DNA of 63,956 nucleotides, filler included, from Chiloscyllium plagiosum (GCF_004010195.1; 5 parts of one record of this genome joined end to end with filler, not necessarily neighbours in it), one strand, 5' to 3'; counted from the first letter of the whole stretch, positions 1 to 12,900 are shown. The notes: generated from the letters alone by a model not told the origin. A program made the numbers and translations.

Positions 1-662
1 ATAGGATAGTGAAGAAGGTGTTTGGTATGCTTTCCTTTATTGGTCAGAGTATTGAGTACAGGAGCTGGGAGGTCATGTTGCAGCTGTACAGGACATTGGT
101 TAGGTCACTTTTGGAATATTGCGTGCAATTCTGGTCTCCATCCTATCAGAAAGATGTTGTGAAACTTGAAAGGGTTCAGAAAAGAGTTACAAGAATGTTG
201 CCAGGGTTGGACGACTTGAGCTATAGGGAGAGGCTGAACAAGCTGGGGCTGTTTTCCCTGGAGCGTTGGAGGCTGAGGGGTGACCTTATATAGGTTTACA
301 AAATTATGAGGGGCATGGATAGGGTAAATAGGCAAAGTCTTTTCCCTGGGGTTGGGGAGTCCAGAACTAGAGGGCATAGGTTTCGGGTGAGAGGGGAAAG
401 ATATAAAAGAGACCAAAGGGACAACTTTTTCACACAGAGAGTGGTACATGTATGGAATGAGCTGCCAGAATAAGTGGTGGAGGCTGGTACAATTGTAACA
501 TTTAAGAAGCATTTGGATGGGTATATGAATAGGAAGGGTTTGGAGGGATATGGGCCGGGTGCTGGCAGGTGGGATTAGATTGTGTTGGGATATCTGGTCG
601 GCGTGGACGGGTTGGACTGAAGGGACTGTTTCCATGCTGTACATCTCTATGACTCTATGACT
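1..662 (+). mobile_element. CR1-clade LINE, 3' end (C-terminal ORF2, 3' UTR, (CTATGACT)n tail)
   Basis: ORF 9..293 LYRTLVRSLLEYCVQFWSP...LERVQKR is the CR1 post-RT region; ends in ctctatgactctatgact. Confidence 0.93.
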
Positions 663-750
663 TTAGTCTTGGCCCTGCTTTATATGCAGATGCTTGTTAG
701 TCCTTTTTAGTTTTGCTAGCAGAAGTACTGCTTTTACTTTTTCTATTCTG

Positions 751-790
751 AGAGTCATAGAGTCATAGAGATGTACAGCATGGAAACAGA
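751..790 (-). mobile_element. Very short CR1 3' tail fragment
   Basis: agagtcatagagtcatagagatgtacagcatggaaacag is the reverse complement of the tail at ~625-662. Confidence 0.8.
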
Positions 791-2709
791 ATCTCTGGGG
801 TATTAAAAATATTTTAAAATTCTTGCTCTTTGGTAGATAATTTGTTTATCTCTGAAAATGGAAGCGTCAAATATTTTTTAATGTTTATTTTTAAATTTTT
901 TTTGTTCTTTAAAAAGTCTTAATTTTTAAATTTTTTTCTGTCATAGAATATAACACTTTGGAAAGGAGAGCAAATCTGGCAATATCCTGGTAGGGAGTGA
1001 CTTACATGCTTTAACTGCACAGAGCAATGTCCTGTATTTGCATTTGCAGAATCCTTCTGATGACTGTTTGCAGTGCAGGCTCTGTAAGCTTCAACAATAA
1101 ATGATAGATACATTTTAAGATGCGTCCCTAAAATTTCATTTATAGATTATAAAACAAATGAGTAGATACTCAAATCAGAACATCAAAAGCAAACCCTTAA
1201 AAAGTGACATTCAGAAAGAAAATGTCATAATTTTGGCCATTCTGTCAGAGCTGAGCAGCTACAGAAATCTTCTCTCAACAAGAAAGTTGAAGATAGTAGA
1301 TAGAAGGGTCTTTTAGGCATAGTTGAGTAACAGATGAACTGCAGTGAATTTATGAGGATGGCACAAGGCAAATGAACATTGTATAAGGAAATACAGATCT
1401 TGGTACCCTATTTCAGGTCAGCATGTCACCCTGTTAGAAAATCCAGGTTGAGGTGTCTTTATCTATTCTGTGTCAAACTGTTTTAGTGCAACTGGTGGAA
1501 TCAATGAAAGACAAACTGATGGTCTGAAAGAGGATGATGTTCTGTAGTTTCAAAGAATTGAACCTGACGTAAATGAGGTGTGACAGAATTGCTTCTCCTG
1601 AACTATATCTAACAAAGCTTTCAGTTACACAAATTATAGTGGTTGTTAATCAATATTCTGAGCCTTACACTCATTTAACAGAGCAAACTTTCTCATTCAT
1701 TAAAACAGTCATTATATCTCCTTTCCGTTACAGACCTAACATGGAATGCTCTAAGCTCTCAGTCATTATACTATATTTCTTTGATTTCATTCATATCAAA
1801 TGTGAAAAAATTATAATTAAATGGATTCATTTATGTGAGTTGACTGATGCTTTTGAGCTTAAAAAGCTGAGTTAATCCATGAATCAATGGTGAATAGATT
1901 GTATTTAGTTTCAGAATGAGTATAGAACATGTTATTTGGAGAACAGCTATCATTAAGAAGATGAGGAAATTGAATCTTCAATAGCAATATTCAGTTTCCA
2001 GAGACAAAATTGAAAGGCATAAACGATTGGTGTTGTTTGCAATGCTAATGTACTCAGATCTGGGTTTTCACTCCCAGGTGGGTAGTATTTGAATGGGCAG
2101 GGGCAATTGTGGGATAGAGTCAGGCCCACGATCCCTTAGCTGTAGATCAACGATGGCCATAAGGGTTGTCAAGTACCAAAGCAAGTTGGTTAAAAGGCTG
2201 CCTCAGTTCTCTAGGACTTTGTCGCATTTGTTTTGTTAATCTTTCGTTCCTTTGGACCTCACCTCTCGCACTGCATCATGTCCCCCTTCCCAATCACCAT
2301 GGCACCTCCATACCTTTGTGCCAGCTTAAGGCAAACCCATCCCCTGCAGCCACCTCATGGCACTGTATTGCTCCCTTGGCAATGTGATGCCATCCTTACT
2401 ACCATCCTAAACCCTTACACATTCCATTCTTTCAGAATCTACCCTGGGCAGATTTTAGGAGTGATAAAATGGCATTAACATCAAAAAGTTCATTTTAACC
2501 TTCAGTTCATTGAAAAAGGAACGCTCCCATTAATGAGGGACCATTTAAAGTTCTCAAACCTCAAATAATATGTCCCTTATAAAGACAAACTCCTTTTTCA
2601 TAACCCCACATTAAAGGAAGCTAACCATTCAATAATCTCTTTAAGATGTCACTAAGCTGTGAAACTAGGGCTCCCTCACCCACTGAAATAACTATAGTGT
2701 GTGGATATA

Positions 2710-3030
2710 CATAGGAACAAGAATAGGCCATTCTACTGGTTGTGTGTGTTCTGCCTTTCGATAAGATCATGGCTGATTGGATAATCATCTTATCTCTACA
2801 TTCCTACCCACCCCGATACCCTTGCCGTCTTGTTAGTCAAGAATCTACTTACCTCAACCTTAAAAATATTCAATGATCCTGTGTCCTCCTCTCTGTGGGG
2901 AGGAGAGTTTCAGATACCCATGACCTTCTAAGAGGAAAAATTAATTGAATCTCCATTTAAATGGGAGACTCCTTGTTTTGGAAATGATGACACCCTATTT
3001 CTGGTAGTTCCCACAAAGAGAAACATCCAT
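2710..3030 (-). mobile_element. Old CR1 3' remnant
   Basis: ataggaacaagaataggccattc...aagatcatggctgat pattern, shared with other old CR1 tails at 4771 and 50493. Confidence 0.6.
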
Positions 3031-4770
3031 TCAGCCAAGCCAAGAAAGCAGCCAAGCATTCATGATAGCCACTGAAATTATATCAACAAATTTCAGCAAA
3101 CAGCACTTGTAATTGCTCTATCAGAACTTTTTTCAACTCTCATTGACACAGACAACCTATTTTTATTAATATTTAAAAGGCTGGGTCTTTAAATAACTTC
3201 ACTTCATGAACTGAACATCCCTTCATGAGCATTTATGTCCACTCGAAAAATTTGTGATTCACACTGTGGGTTAAGGTCTTTGCTTTAACAAAACATTACT
3301 AGTGGTTGAACTCAGCACATGCACTTTATTCCTGTGTGCATCACGTTTTATTAAAGCTAGCTTAGTCAGAGAGTTAAATGTACAGTGTGTCTTTGGGCTG
3401 CAAGCAGATTCACTGTTCTGGGATCCATTCACAATTTGATTTGTATGCATGTCTGAACACAATGCAGGACAATGTAAAGGAGCATCTCATAAATGTAAGA
3501 AGTGATCATGTGCTGGTTCTTTCAAATTACACCTCAGAATGAGATTGCGTTCATAAATTCATAAATCACATGTTTATAACACTAGGTTCCTTGTACTGCA
3601 TGCCTCATGATTGGGGCACATTAATGTCTACAAGGGAATTATGACATTTCCTTTCATTGTGGGGAAATTCACCAGTCTCAGAGTCAGAATTGGGATTCAG
3701 TGACAGAGTTTATTGTACAAAGAAACCGAAGCTCCGAGGAGAGAGAGACGTCTGCCAGCACAGCTATCAGCTATGAGCCTTCTCTCACCCTCGGAGCACG
3801 TATCATTGTATTTTATACATTTCACGGTATGTTGGTCCAGATGTCGAGTTTTTGTTTGAGCAGCATGGTTTGTTACAGAAAACACTACAGAGTCATTGTC
3901 AGTTTCAGCAACTACGCAGAAGTCTGGTCCTGCAGTGACTGGTCCTGATTGTTCTTCCTGAGAAGGAAGATAATTTTCCATTACTGTAAATCAAAGGTAT
4001 TAACACTTGTGTATAAGCAGTCTCAAGTAGTTAACAACCTGAAGGCTGGAATCAGACACTTCAGCGGGCAGTACAGTACGTATTACTGATATATATTCTC
4101 TCCCCCACCCACCTTAAACTAATTATCTATGATCTGTGTCTATTGTACTGGTATCCTGTTGGCCTCAGGCAGTATCTGTATATGCTTCGCTGTTCTTTTC
4201 CATGAAATGGCTCAGTGGCCATCTTGCGTCTGTGCTCTGTGTCAGTATGTCCCGTGTCAAATCCCACCACTTTCTTGTAGAAGAAAACAGCATATTCTCC
4301 ACTCTTTATTGAAAGTTCATGTTAGTACCTGGTGTTTTACGCACCTGAGAGACAGTTATACTTGGAGGTTTAATTGACCCTCCCTTCTTTGCATCATAAA
4401 AGATGTCCAACAACAACATCAAGGGTAACTAAAATATTGTACATGAATCAAAATGCTGTAAAGGATCTGCTGAGTTCACACATGCAGCTGTATAAAGTCA
4501 AAAGGATGTGCCACCCTCAAATGATCATGAACCAGATGCTCCATAATTCTAATGTAATGATGAATTTATTTTGAAGGTTGGACTTCATTGAAAAATCTTT
4601 CACATTTGTGAATAGCCAGAAGTTGCAAATATATTATTTGTATGACTCTTACTGCCACAAACATGTCACTGACCTGATCTCTGCATCTCAACCTGCCACT
4701 GGGATGTCAAGTTGCATATAACACCCAGTTAATTTACGACACACAAACTACATGTCCTCTCTTTGTAACA

Positions 4771-5178
4771 CAGAAACATTAAAAATAGGAGCAGGCATAG
4801 GTCATTCAGCCCATCAAGCCTGCTCCAACATTTAATATGATCTTAGCTGATCATCCAACTCAGTACCCAGGGATCAGGGACCAAGAGCGATAGCTTTAAG
4901 GTGAGAGGCAGCATGTTTAGAGGAGATATGAGGAAAAGTCTTTTCAACAAGTGTGTGGTCGGAATCTGGAACTCACTAGCTGTCAGGGTGGTAGAGGCAG
5001 AGCCCCTCATAACATTTACAAAGTATTTAGATGTACACTTGCGATGCCAAGGCATATAAGGATATGGGCCAAGTGCTGGAAAATGGGATTAAAGTCGATA
5101 AGTGAATGTTTTTGGCTGGCATGGACAGAATGGACTGAAGAGCCTTTTTTCTGTGCTGTAGATCTCTATAACTGTATG
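4771..5178. mobile_element. Two CR1 3' fragments (4771-4870 minus, ~4875-5178 plus)
   Basis: CR1 3' UTR motifs (tttaaggtgagagg...gtggtagaggcag; tail ctctataact). Confidence 0.7.
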
Positions 5179-7870
5179 ATAGAACATAGAACAGAGAACA
5201 GTACAGCACAGTACAGGCCATTCGGACCACAATGTTGTGCCGAGCATTTATTTTATTCTAAGATCAACCTAACCTACTGTTTACTGCTGTCCATGTGCTT
5301 GTCCAGCAGTCGTTTAAATGTCCCTAATATCTCTGACTCGACTATCTCCACTGGCAGTGCATTCCACACATCCACCATTCTCTGTGTAAAGAACTTACCT
5401 CTGACATCATCCCAATACCTACCTCCAAACACCTTAAAATTATGACCCCTCGTGACAGCTATTTCTGCCCTGGGGAAATGTCTCTGGCTATCTACTCTAT
5501 CTATGCCTTTCTCTACCTTGCACATCTCTATCAAGTCACCTCTCTTTCTTCTCTCCAATGTGAAAAGCCTGAGCTCACTCAACCTCTCTTCATAGGACAT
5601 GCTCTCCAATCCAGGCAGCATCCTGGTAAATCTCCTCTGCACCCTCTCTAAAGCATCTACATCCTTCCCATAATGAGGCAACCAGAACTGGACACAATAT
5701 TCCAAGTGTGGTCTAACCAGGTTTTTATAGAGCTGCAGCAAAACCTCAATGCTCTTAAACTCAAACCCTCTGTTAATGAAAGCCTTCTTAACAACCCTAT
5801 CAACTTGAGTGGCAACTTTGAGGAATCTATGTACGTGGTTCCCAATATCTTGTTGTACCTCCACACTGCCAAGAATCCTGTCTTTAACACTGTATTCAAC
5901 ATTCAAATTTGACCTTCCAAAATGAATCACTTTGCATTTATCAAGGTTGAACTTCATTTGCCATTTCTCAGCCCGGTGCTACATCCCATCAATGTCTTGT
6001 TGTAGCCTGCAACAGCTCTCGACAATTTCTACAACACCACCAACCTTTGTGTCATCAGCAAACTTACTATCCCACCCTTCCATTTCATCATCTAAGTCAG
6101 TTATAAAAACTACAAAGAGCAGAGGCTCAAGAATAGATCCCTGCAGGACACCACTGGTCACTGGCCTCCAGGCAGAATACTTTCCATCCTCTACCATTAG
6201 CTATCTTCTTTCGGCCAGCCAGTTCTAACAACCAAATTTCCCTGTATCCCATATCTCCTTACATTCTGAATGAGCCTACTGTGGGGAACCTGATCAAATG
6301 CCTTGCTGAAATCTATATTCACCACATCCACTGCTCGACCTTTGTCAACTTGTCTTGTTACATCCTCAAATAACTCAGTAAGGTTTGTGAGGCATGATTT
6401 GTCCCTCACAAAGCCATGCTGACTATCTTTAGTCAAACTATTGTTATCCAAATAGTCATAAATCCTATCTCTCAGAATCCTTTCCAGTACCTTGCTTAAA
6501 CATATATAAGACTGACTAGTCTGTAATTCACGGAGATTTCCCTGTTCCCTTTCTTGAACAGTGGAACAACATTCACTTCCCTCCAATCATCCGGTACAAC
6601 TCCCATGGAGAGTGAGAATGCAAATATCATTGCCAGAGGCACAGCAATCTCATTCCTTGCTTCCCGTAGTAACCTTGGATATATCTGGTCTGGCTCTGGG
6701 GACTTATCCATCTTGATGCTTCCCAGAATTTCCAGCACATCTACTTCCTTAATATCAATCTGTTCAAGTCTAGTAACCTGGTCCACAGTGTTCTCATTAT
6801 CAACAAGGTCCCTCTCTCTAGTGAATACAGAAGCAAAAAACCCATTTAGGGCTTCCCCTACCTCTTCAGACTCAAGGCACAAGTTCCCTCTTCTATCCCT
6901 GATAGGCCCTACCCTCTCTCTGATCATTCTCTGATTCCTCACATACGTGTAAGACACCTTTGGGTTTTCCCTAATCCTTCCTGCCAAGGTTTTTTCATGC
7001 TCCCTCCTAAATCTCCTCAGTACATTTTGAGTAGTCCTCTAAAACTGTGTCAGATCCTTGCTTCCTCAGCCTTAAGTAAGTTTCCTTCTTCCTCTTGATG
7101 AGAAGCTCCTCTTCTCTTGTCATCCAAGACTCCTTCACCTTATCCAAAACTCGCAACAAGTGCTTCTTAAACAGCCTCCACATTTCTGTTGTACATTTCC
7201 CGTATAGCAATTGTTTCCAATTTAAAATCCACAGCTCCTGTCTAATAGCAGTATAATTTCCTCTCCCCTGATTAAATACCTTCCCATACTGTCAGTTCCT
7301 ATCCCTCTCCATGGCTGTGGTAATGGTGAGGCAGTTGGGGTCACTGTCCCTGAAATGTTCTCCCACCGAGAGATCTGATACCTGGACTGGCTCGTTGCCT
7401 AACACCAAATCCAATATGGCCTCCCCCCTAGTCTGCCTATCTACATATTGAGTCAGGAATCCTTCCTGGACACACCTGACAAAATCAGCTCCATACAGAC
7501 CATCTGCACTAAGGAGATTCCAATCAATATCGGGGAAGTTGAAGTCACCCATAACAACAACATTTGCACTTTTCCAAGATCTGCAGTCCAATCTTTTCTT
7601 CCATCTCTCTGCTACTATTGGGGGGGTCTATAGAAAACAAAAGTGGCTGCTTCCTTCCTGTTACTGACTTCCATCCATACTGACTCAGTAGACAAACCCT
7701 CAACAACCTCCTTTTCTGCAGCTGTAAAACACTCTCTAAATAATAATGCTACACCCCCTCCTCTTTTACCCTCCCTCCCTGTTATTTTTAAAAGATCTAT
7801 AACTTTGAAAAATCAAGCAACCATTCCTACCTCTGTGAAATCCATGTGTCCTTTATGGCCACATGATTCT
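5179..7870 (-). mobile_element. CR1 LINE, decayed ORF2 (EN remnant plus RT) with (TTCTATG)n tail
   Basis: Minus ORFs: VVMGDFNFPDIDW (APE), [41 protein letters not shown]; several frameshifts. Confidence 0.95.
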
Positions 7871-8863
7871 GAACCATTCTGAAATAAAATGCTCTCAGCC
7901 ACCTTTTTGGTATTGACATGTATTAACCTTTTTCATAATATTGTTGATTATTAATACGGTTTGGTGGAGAAGTTGCTTTTGCAGAAATACTTGCTGCTAT
8001 CTATGTGGTAGAACTGATACCCAGTGGCATTCTGCACTCCAGACCCAGGACCATTGGGAGCTTTATTGCTATCCCCCTTTGCCACATTGTCATAACCTGA
8101 CAGTGCACCTGCAAGATACATTGTCAATGGATACCATTGTGTGATTCTAAGCCAACGGCAAAAAATAGATGGAATAATGATCATGGTCCTGTTCACTATA
8201 CATCCACCTATTGTGCCTTGTGAGCTAACAACTTGACTGCAGCAAGTAGTGGTGTCAAGATGATGCCACTTCCATGGTAGAACCTTGAAATTCCATGATG
8301 TAAGTGATTCAGTAAACAGCAGTTTAATGACAATTTATGCGCTTGTAATGACAATTCTCCCATTGGGTAAGTCCATGCGGTAAGTCCAACTACTCCAGGG
8401 TGAATTTACGGTTATATGAGATATTAGAACTTTGAAACTCTCAGGTGGCAGCTTCATAAAGTCCCCTTTTTATGTGGCCTGAGTAATCTGAACACTTACC
8501 ACTTTCAGGGTCACCTGCCTGATCCCTATTCCAGTCTGCAATCCTGGGAAGCGAAAGTGGGAAGTACCAACACCTATATTTTGAGGCCGTGTTTACAGAG
8601 CCTGAAATTCTCCATCTCTACACACCTGACCTAGGAACAAAAATTAGTAATTTGCACCTTTAAAAATGTATTTGACTATAGCAGCTACTATTCTGTAGTG
8701 GAGGAGAGGGTGTCCCTCTCTTCCTCCACCTTTTCTTGTGTTCAGCAGTCTTCTCCAGGCATGTCTGTGCTGACCCTTTCAATGCTTCAGTCAAAATTGG
8801 ATTTTATATTGACAACAGTTTCATTTGAATGCTGTGAGACTGTAGGTTGTGATTTGATTTCTG

Positions 8864-8952
8864 CTGAAAATGTGTTGCTGGAAAAGCGCAGCAGGTCAGG
8901 CAGCATCCAAGGAGCAGGAGAATCGACGTTTCGGGCATGAGCCCTTCTTCAG
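8864..8952 (-). mobile_element. PLE pseudo-LTR mini-insertion (family A) with 13-bp TSD
   Basis: TSD gatttgatttctg at 8851-8863 and 8953-8965; body tgctggaaaagcgcagcaggtcaggcagcatc matches the pLTR of the PLE at 34846. Confidence 0.85.
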
Positions 8953-8954
8953 GA
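8921..8954 (-). ncRNA. Minimal type-I hammerhead ribozyme (family A), intact core
   Basis: Minus strand: uc-CUGAAGA-a-gggc ucau gccc-GAAA-CGUC-ga; palindromic ACGU stem III; GUC cleavage triplet. Confidence 0.85.
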
Positions 8955-9492
8955 TTTGATTTCTGGCATTTACGCAGCCCAGCACAACCTCTTCATCCCA
9001 GGAGAACATTAAAAGACCAGTTAACTCGCACCAAACAGGAACCAGCTTCACTCATAGTCAGCATCAGAACTGATCCATGATGGATTAATGCAGTTAAAAG
9101 TAGCATTAAGTAGCTCTTCAAAAATTACCCTTTGTATAAATCGATGAAGTACAGCCAGTGTGACTAATCAGATTTTCCACCTGTTTTCTTACCCAATAAA
9201 TTAAGGAATTAATTTTACTTTTTTGCACCAAATAATGTCAGTCTGTTGATGGAATAATCAAGTTTCTTTCCCATTAACATCCCACCAATGTTCTCTCATT
9301 CCCTGATAATCTAATTATTTCAGACATCTCCTGCTGAGTCCAATGTTACTTTCACCACTGTCCACACATAAAGCCTCCAGCAAGAGTCTGGAACATGGCC
9401 ATCAGGGAGGTGCCAAGTCAGCTTTCCTCTCCTCTTGATTTCTGCCCCAACTAAGACAATTACTCAAAGGAGACAAGAGACAGCATGTGTTG

Positions 9493-9590
9493 GAGGACTC
9501 TTGTGGTGCAGTGGTAGCATAACTCCTCTTAAGGCCAGGAATACCAGATTCAAGTCTCACTTTCTTAGAGGTGTGTAATAACATCCTTAA
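9493..9590 (+). mobile_element. tRNA-derived SINE head fragment
   Basis: A-box-like tggtgcagtgg and B-box-like gattcaagtc about 40 nt apart. Confidence 0.55.
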
Positions 9591-9612
9591 TTAAAATATA
9601 TGTACATATATT

Positions 9613-9868
9613 AGAGTCATAGAGTCATGTAGATGTACAGCACAGAAACAAGCCCTTTGGTCCAACACATCCATGCTGACCAGATATCCCAATCCAATCT
9701 AGTCCCACCTGCCAACACCTGGCCCATATCCCTCCAAATCCTTCCTATTCATGTACCGGATATGGGCCGGATGCTGGCAGGTGGGTCTAGATTGGGTTGT
9801 GATATCTGGTCAGCATGGGCCGAAGGGTGTGCTTCCATGCTGTACATCTCTATGTCTCTATGGCTCTA
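9613..9868. repeat. Fold-back made of two CR1 3' tails in inverted orientation
   Basis: 9613-9735 is the reverse complement of 9758-9868 (gatatgggcc...ctgtacatctctatg). Confidence 0.85.
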
Positions 9869-10970
9869 AATCCTCCAAACCTTGCAACATCCTTGTAAAT
9901 CTTTTCTGAACCCTTTCAAGTTTTACAACATTTTTCCAACAGGAAGGAGACCAGAATTACAAACAATATTCCAACAGTGGCCTAACCAATGTCCTGTACA
10001 GCCGCAACATGACCTTCAAACTCCTGTACTCAATACTCTGACCAGCAAAGGAAAGCATATCAAACGTCTTCTTCACTATCCTATCTACTTGCAACTCCAC
10101 TTTCAAGGAGCTATGAACCTGCACTCCAAGCTGACTTTGTTCAGCAACACTCCCTAGGACCTTACCATTAAGTTTATAAGTCCTGCTAAGATTTGCTTTC
10201 CCAAACTGCAGCACCTCACATTTATCTGAATTAAACTACATCTGTCAATTCTTAGCCCAATGGTCAAGATCCCGCTGTAATCTGAGGTAATCTTCTTCAC
10301 TGTCCACTACACCTCCAATTTTGGTGTCATCTGAAAACTTACTAGCTATACGTCTTATGCTCACATCCAAATCATTTATATAAATGATGAAAAGTAGTGG
10401 ACCCAGCACCGATCCTTGCGGCGCTCCACTGGTCACAGGCCTCCAGTCTGAAAAACAACCCTCTACCACTACCTTCTGTCTCCTACCTTCAAGCCAGTTC
10501 TGTATCCAAATGGCTAGTTCTCCCTGTATTCCTTGAGTTCTAACCTTGCTAATCAGTCTCCCATGGGGAACCTTGTCAAATGCCTTACTGAAGTCCATAT
10601 AGATCATGAGTACCACTCTGCCCAGATCAATCCTCTTTGTTACTTCTTCAAAAAACTTAATCAAGCTTGTGAGACATGATTTCCCATGCACAGAGCCATG
10701 CTGACTATCCCTAATCAGTCCTTGCCTTTCCAAATACATGTACATCCTGTCCCTCAGGATTCCCTCCAACAACTTACCCACCACCAACATCAGGCTCACT
10801 GGTCTATAGTTCCCTGACTTGTCCTTACCACCTTTCTTAAACAGTGGCACCATGTTTACCAACCTCCAGTCTATCAATAATACAAACATTATTATGACTA
10901 TCAATAATACAAACATTTCAGTTAGAGGCCCAGCAATCACTTCCCTAGCTTCCCACAGAGTTCGGTAGTG
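9869..10970 (-). mobile_element. CR1 LINE RT fragment
   Basis: ORF 10245..10973: NYRPVSL, YMDFSKAFDKVPH, PQGSVLGPLLF, KFSDDTK. Confidence 0.95.
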
Positions 10971-11628
10971 CACCCTTAAAACATCTCTTAAAAAAAGAGA
11001 TTGAAAGAATTTGATTTGTTGATGGGTGTTTTACAACAAAGGGGATTGGAAGTGAATCTTGACTGATGTGAATAGATCATTTACGGCTAGTTCAATAAGC
11101 TGGGGAATTTGGAAGGAGTATTCAATTCTTGAACATATAAAGAATACTAGTTTCACAAACAAATTTTTAATATTGTTTCTGAAAATGATTGGATGAAAGA
11201 AATATTTCACTCCCCTGATTGTCCAATATATAAACTTCTGTTTTAATTGCAAACTGTTCACATCTGGTAGCTTTAATCGAGGCTTGCAATTGACTGTAGA
11301 CTTTTCTTATTAATATTTCTGCGATGATGAGTCATTTCAAGGTGTGCCCAAATATTGCATTCTGAACACTCAGTCACCGCTCAATCATGTTATGTTTGAT
11401 TTCAGCTTGCACTAGTGTATGCTTGCTCTGTAAATATTTGCCACACGAGTGCTGAACTAACTCATGGATATATATCATGCATAAACATGAGCTAGCTTCT
11501 CAAAAAATGCAGTTTTATTGTGGTTGGTGTTGAAGACACATCATATATTGCTGAGTAGTTTGTACCCTTAGGGATGTTCTTCTTAGTATAATCACTTGAT
11601 TGATCTCAGGGAACCATGTTCTCTTTTA

Positions 11629-11844
11629 ATAGAACATAGAACATAGAACATAGAGCAATACAGCACAGAACAGGCCCTTCGGCCCACGATGTTGTGCCGA
11701 ACATTTGTCCTAGCTTAAGCACCCATCCATGTACCTATCCAATTGCCACTTAAAGTTCGCCAATGATTCTGACTCTACCACTCCCACAGGCAGCGCATTC
11801 CATGCCCCCACCACTCTCTAGGTAAAGAACCTACCCCTGACATC
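11629..11844 (-). mobile_element. CR1 3' end, cut by the gap
   Basis: (AGAACAT)n tail followed by acagcacagaacaggcccttcggccc. Confidence 0.85.
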
Positions 11845-11944
11845 NNNNNNNNNNNNNNNNNNNNNNNNNNNNNNNNNNNNNNNNNNNNTTAATTAATTAA
11901 NNNNNNNNNNNNNNNNNNNNNNNNNNNNNNNNNNNNNNNNNNNN
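11845..11944. other. Artificial assembly spacer N44-TTAATTAATTAA-N44
   Basis: Identical 100-nt construct occurs four times; the core encodes stops in all six frames. Confidence 0.97.
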
Positions 11945-12192
11945 TTCCTAGAGGCATGGCACTCATCCACAGATGCAATCAACTAAGCACATCGACCTGG
12001 ACCCAATATACCGGCCACTGCAGCGGACAGCTGGAACTGACAACCGGAAGCGACAGATACAAATCACTATAAATGCCGGGGAAATATCACAGAAGCGCTT
12101 CACAGGAGGCTCCCAAGCACTAAGGATGTCACCTAGACAGGGGACGAAATGTCTGCAACACAAATTCTCAGCTCGGCGAACAGAACCACAAC
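11945..12192 (+). mobile_element. PLE 3' end (family C): end of GIY-YIG ORF plus pLTR
   Basis: FLEAWHSSTDAIN-KHIDLDPIYRPL is a typical PLE endonuclease C-terminus; an HHR follows. Confidence 0.75.
12117..12156 (+). ncRNA. Hammerhead ribozyme (family C), core mutated
   Basis: gca-CUAAGGA-u-guc acc uagaca ggg gac-GAAA-uGUC-ugc; stems I and II pair; G5 to A change in the CUGANGA box. Confidence 0.7.
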
Positions 12193-12677
12193 TTTAAAAC
12201 CCATCACACACACAGAATAAAATCTACATGGCACCAGTTCAAAATTCAAGCTCTAAAATATATTAGATTAATCTATAGATAAATCACGTACTTTACATTA
12301 AAAGGTTTAATAACTGTAAATATAGTCTAGTCTACATCAGTCTAGAATTTCATATTTTCATTTGGGAGTAGCAATGTTCCTTAGAAGTCAGGCTGGGTGA
12401 TGCCTGAGTGAGTGTGAAAGCTACTGGGTGTAACCAAGACTTGTGACAGAGCCTTCCTCAGAACACCAGCATTGTGTGAAAGATTAATAAAAAAAAAGGA
12501 ATAAAGCCAAAGTCAGCCTTCCTTCACATTCCCCTTACACCCCTCATCCCCATAGACATTCTCCATGCTCCACCCATGTTTCTCCAAATGGATATCCTAG
12601 TTTTGCAAGAATATGTACAAACAATACCTTTGATAATGATCTGTTCTGCTTTGCACACATCAGGTTGCATACTGAAG

Positions 12678-12900
12678 AGTCAAGATTAGAGTGATGCTGG
12701 ATATGCACAGCAGGTCAGGCAGAATCCGAGGATCAGGAAAATCGACGTTTCATCAGAAAGGGCTCCTGCCCGAAACATCGATTTTCCTAATGAAACATCG
12801 ATTTTCCTGCTCCTCGGATGCTGCCTGACCTGCTGTGCATTTCCAGCACCACTCTAATCTTGACTCTAACCTCTAGCATCTGCAGTCCTCACTTTCGCCC
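12678..12900. mobile_element. Fold-back PLE mini-element (family A) with 12-bp TSD
   Basis: TSD tgcatactgaag at 12666-12677 and 12901-12912; inverted arms gagtcaagattagagtg... and ...cactctaatcttgactc; rearranged HHR halves in the centre. Confidence 0.88.

Noticed and set aside
105..644. 179-aa minus ORF and similar ones (38662-39063, 15564-16061, 6554-6934)
   Set aside because: Antisense shadows of CR1 ORF2 and UTR.
9020..9420. Short open frames near splice-like signals
   Set aside because: No recognisable product and weak or conflicting splice signals on the two strands.
10870..10920. 27-nt tandem duplication inside a CR1
   Set aside because: Ordinary post-insertion slippage.
12678..12900. 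MITE (DNA transposon) or pre-miRNA interpretation of the palindromic minis
   Set aside because: Arms are asymmetric with an unpaired 3' tail, TSDs are long and variable (12-18 bp), and the sequence matches PLE pseudo-LTRs.
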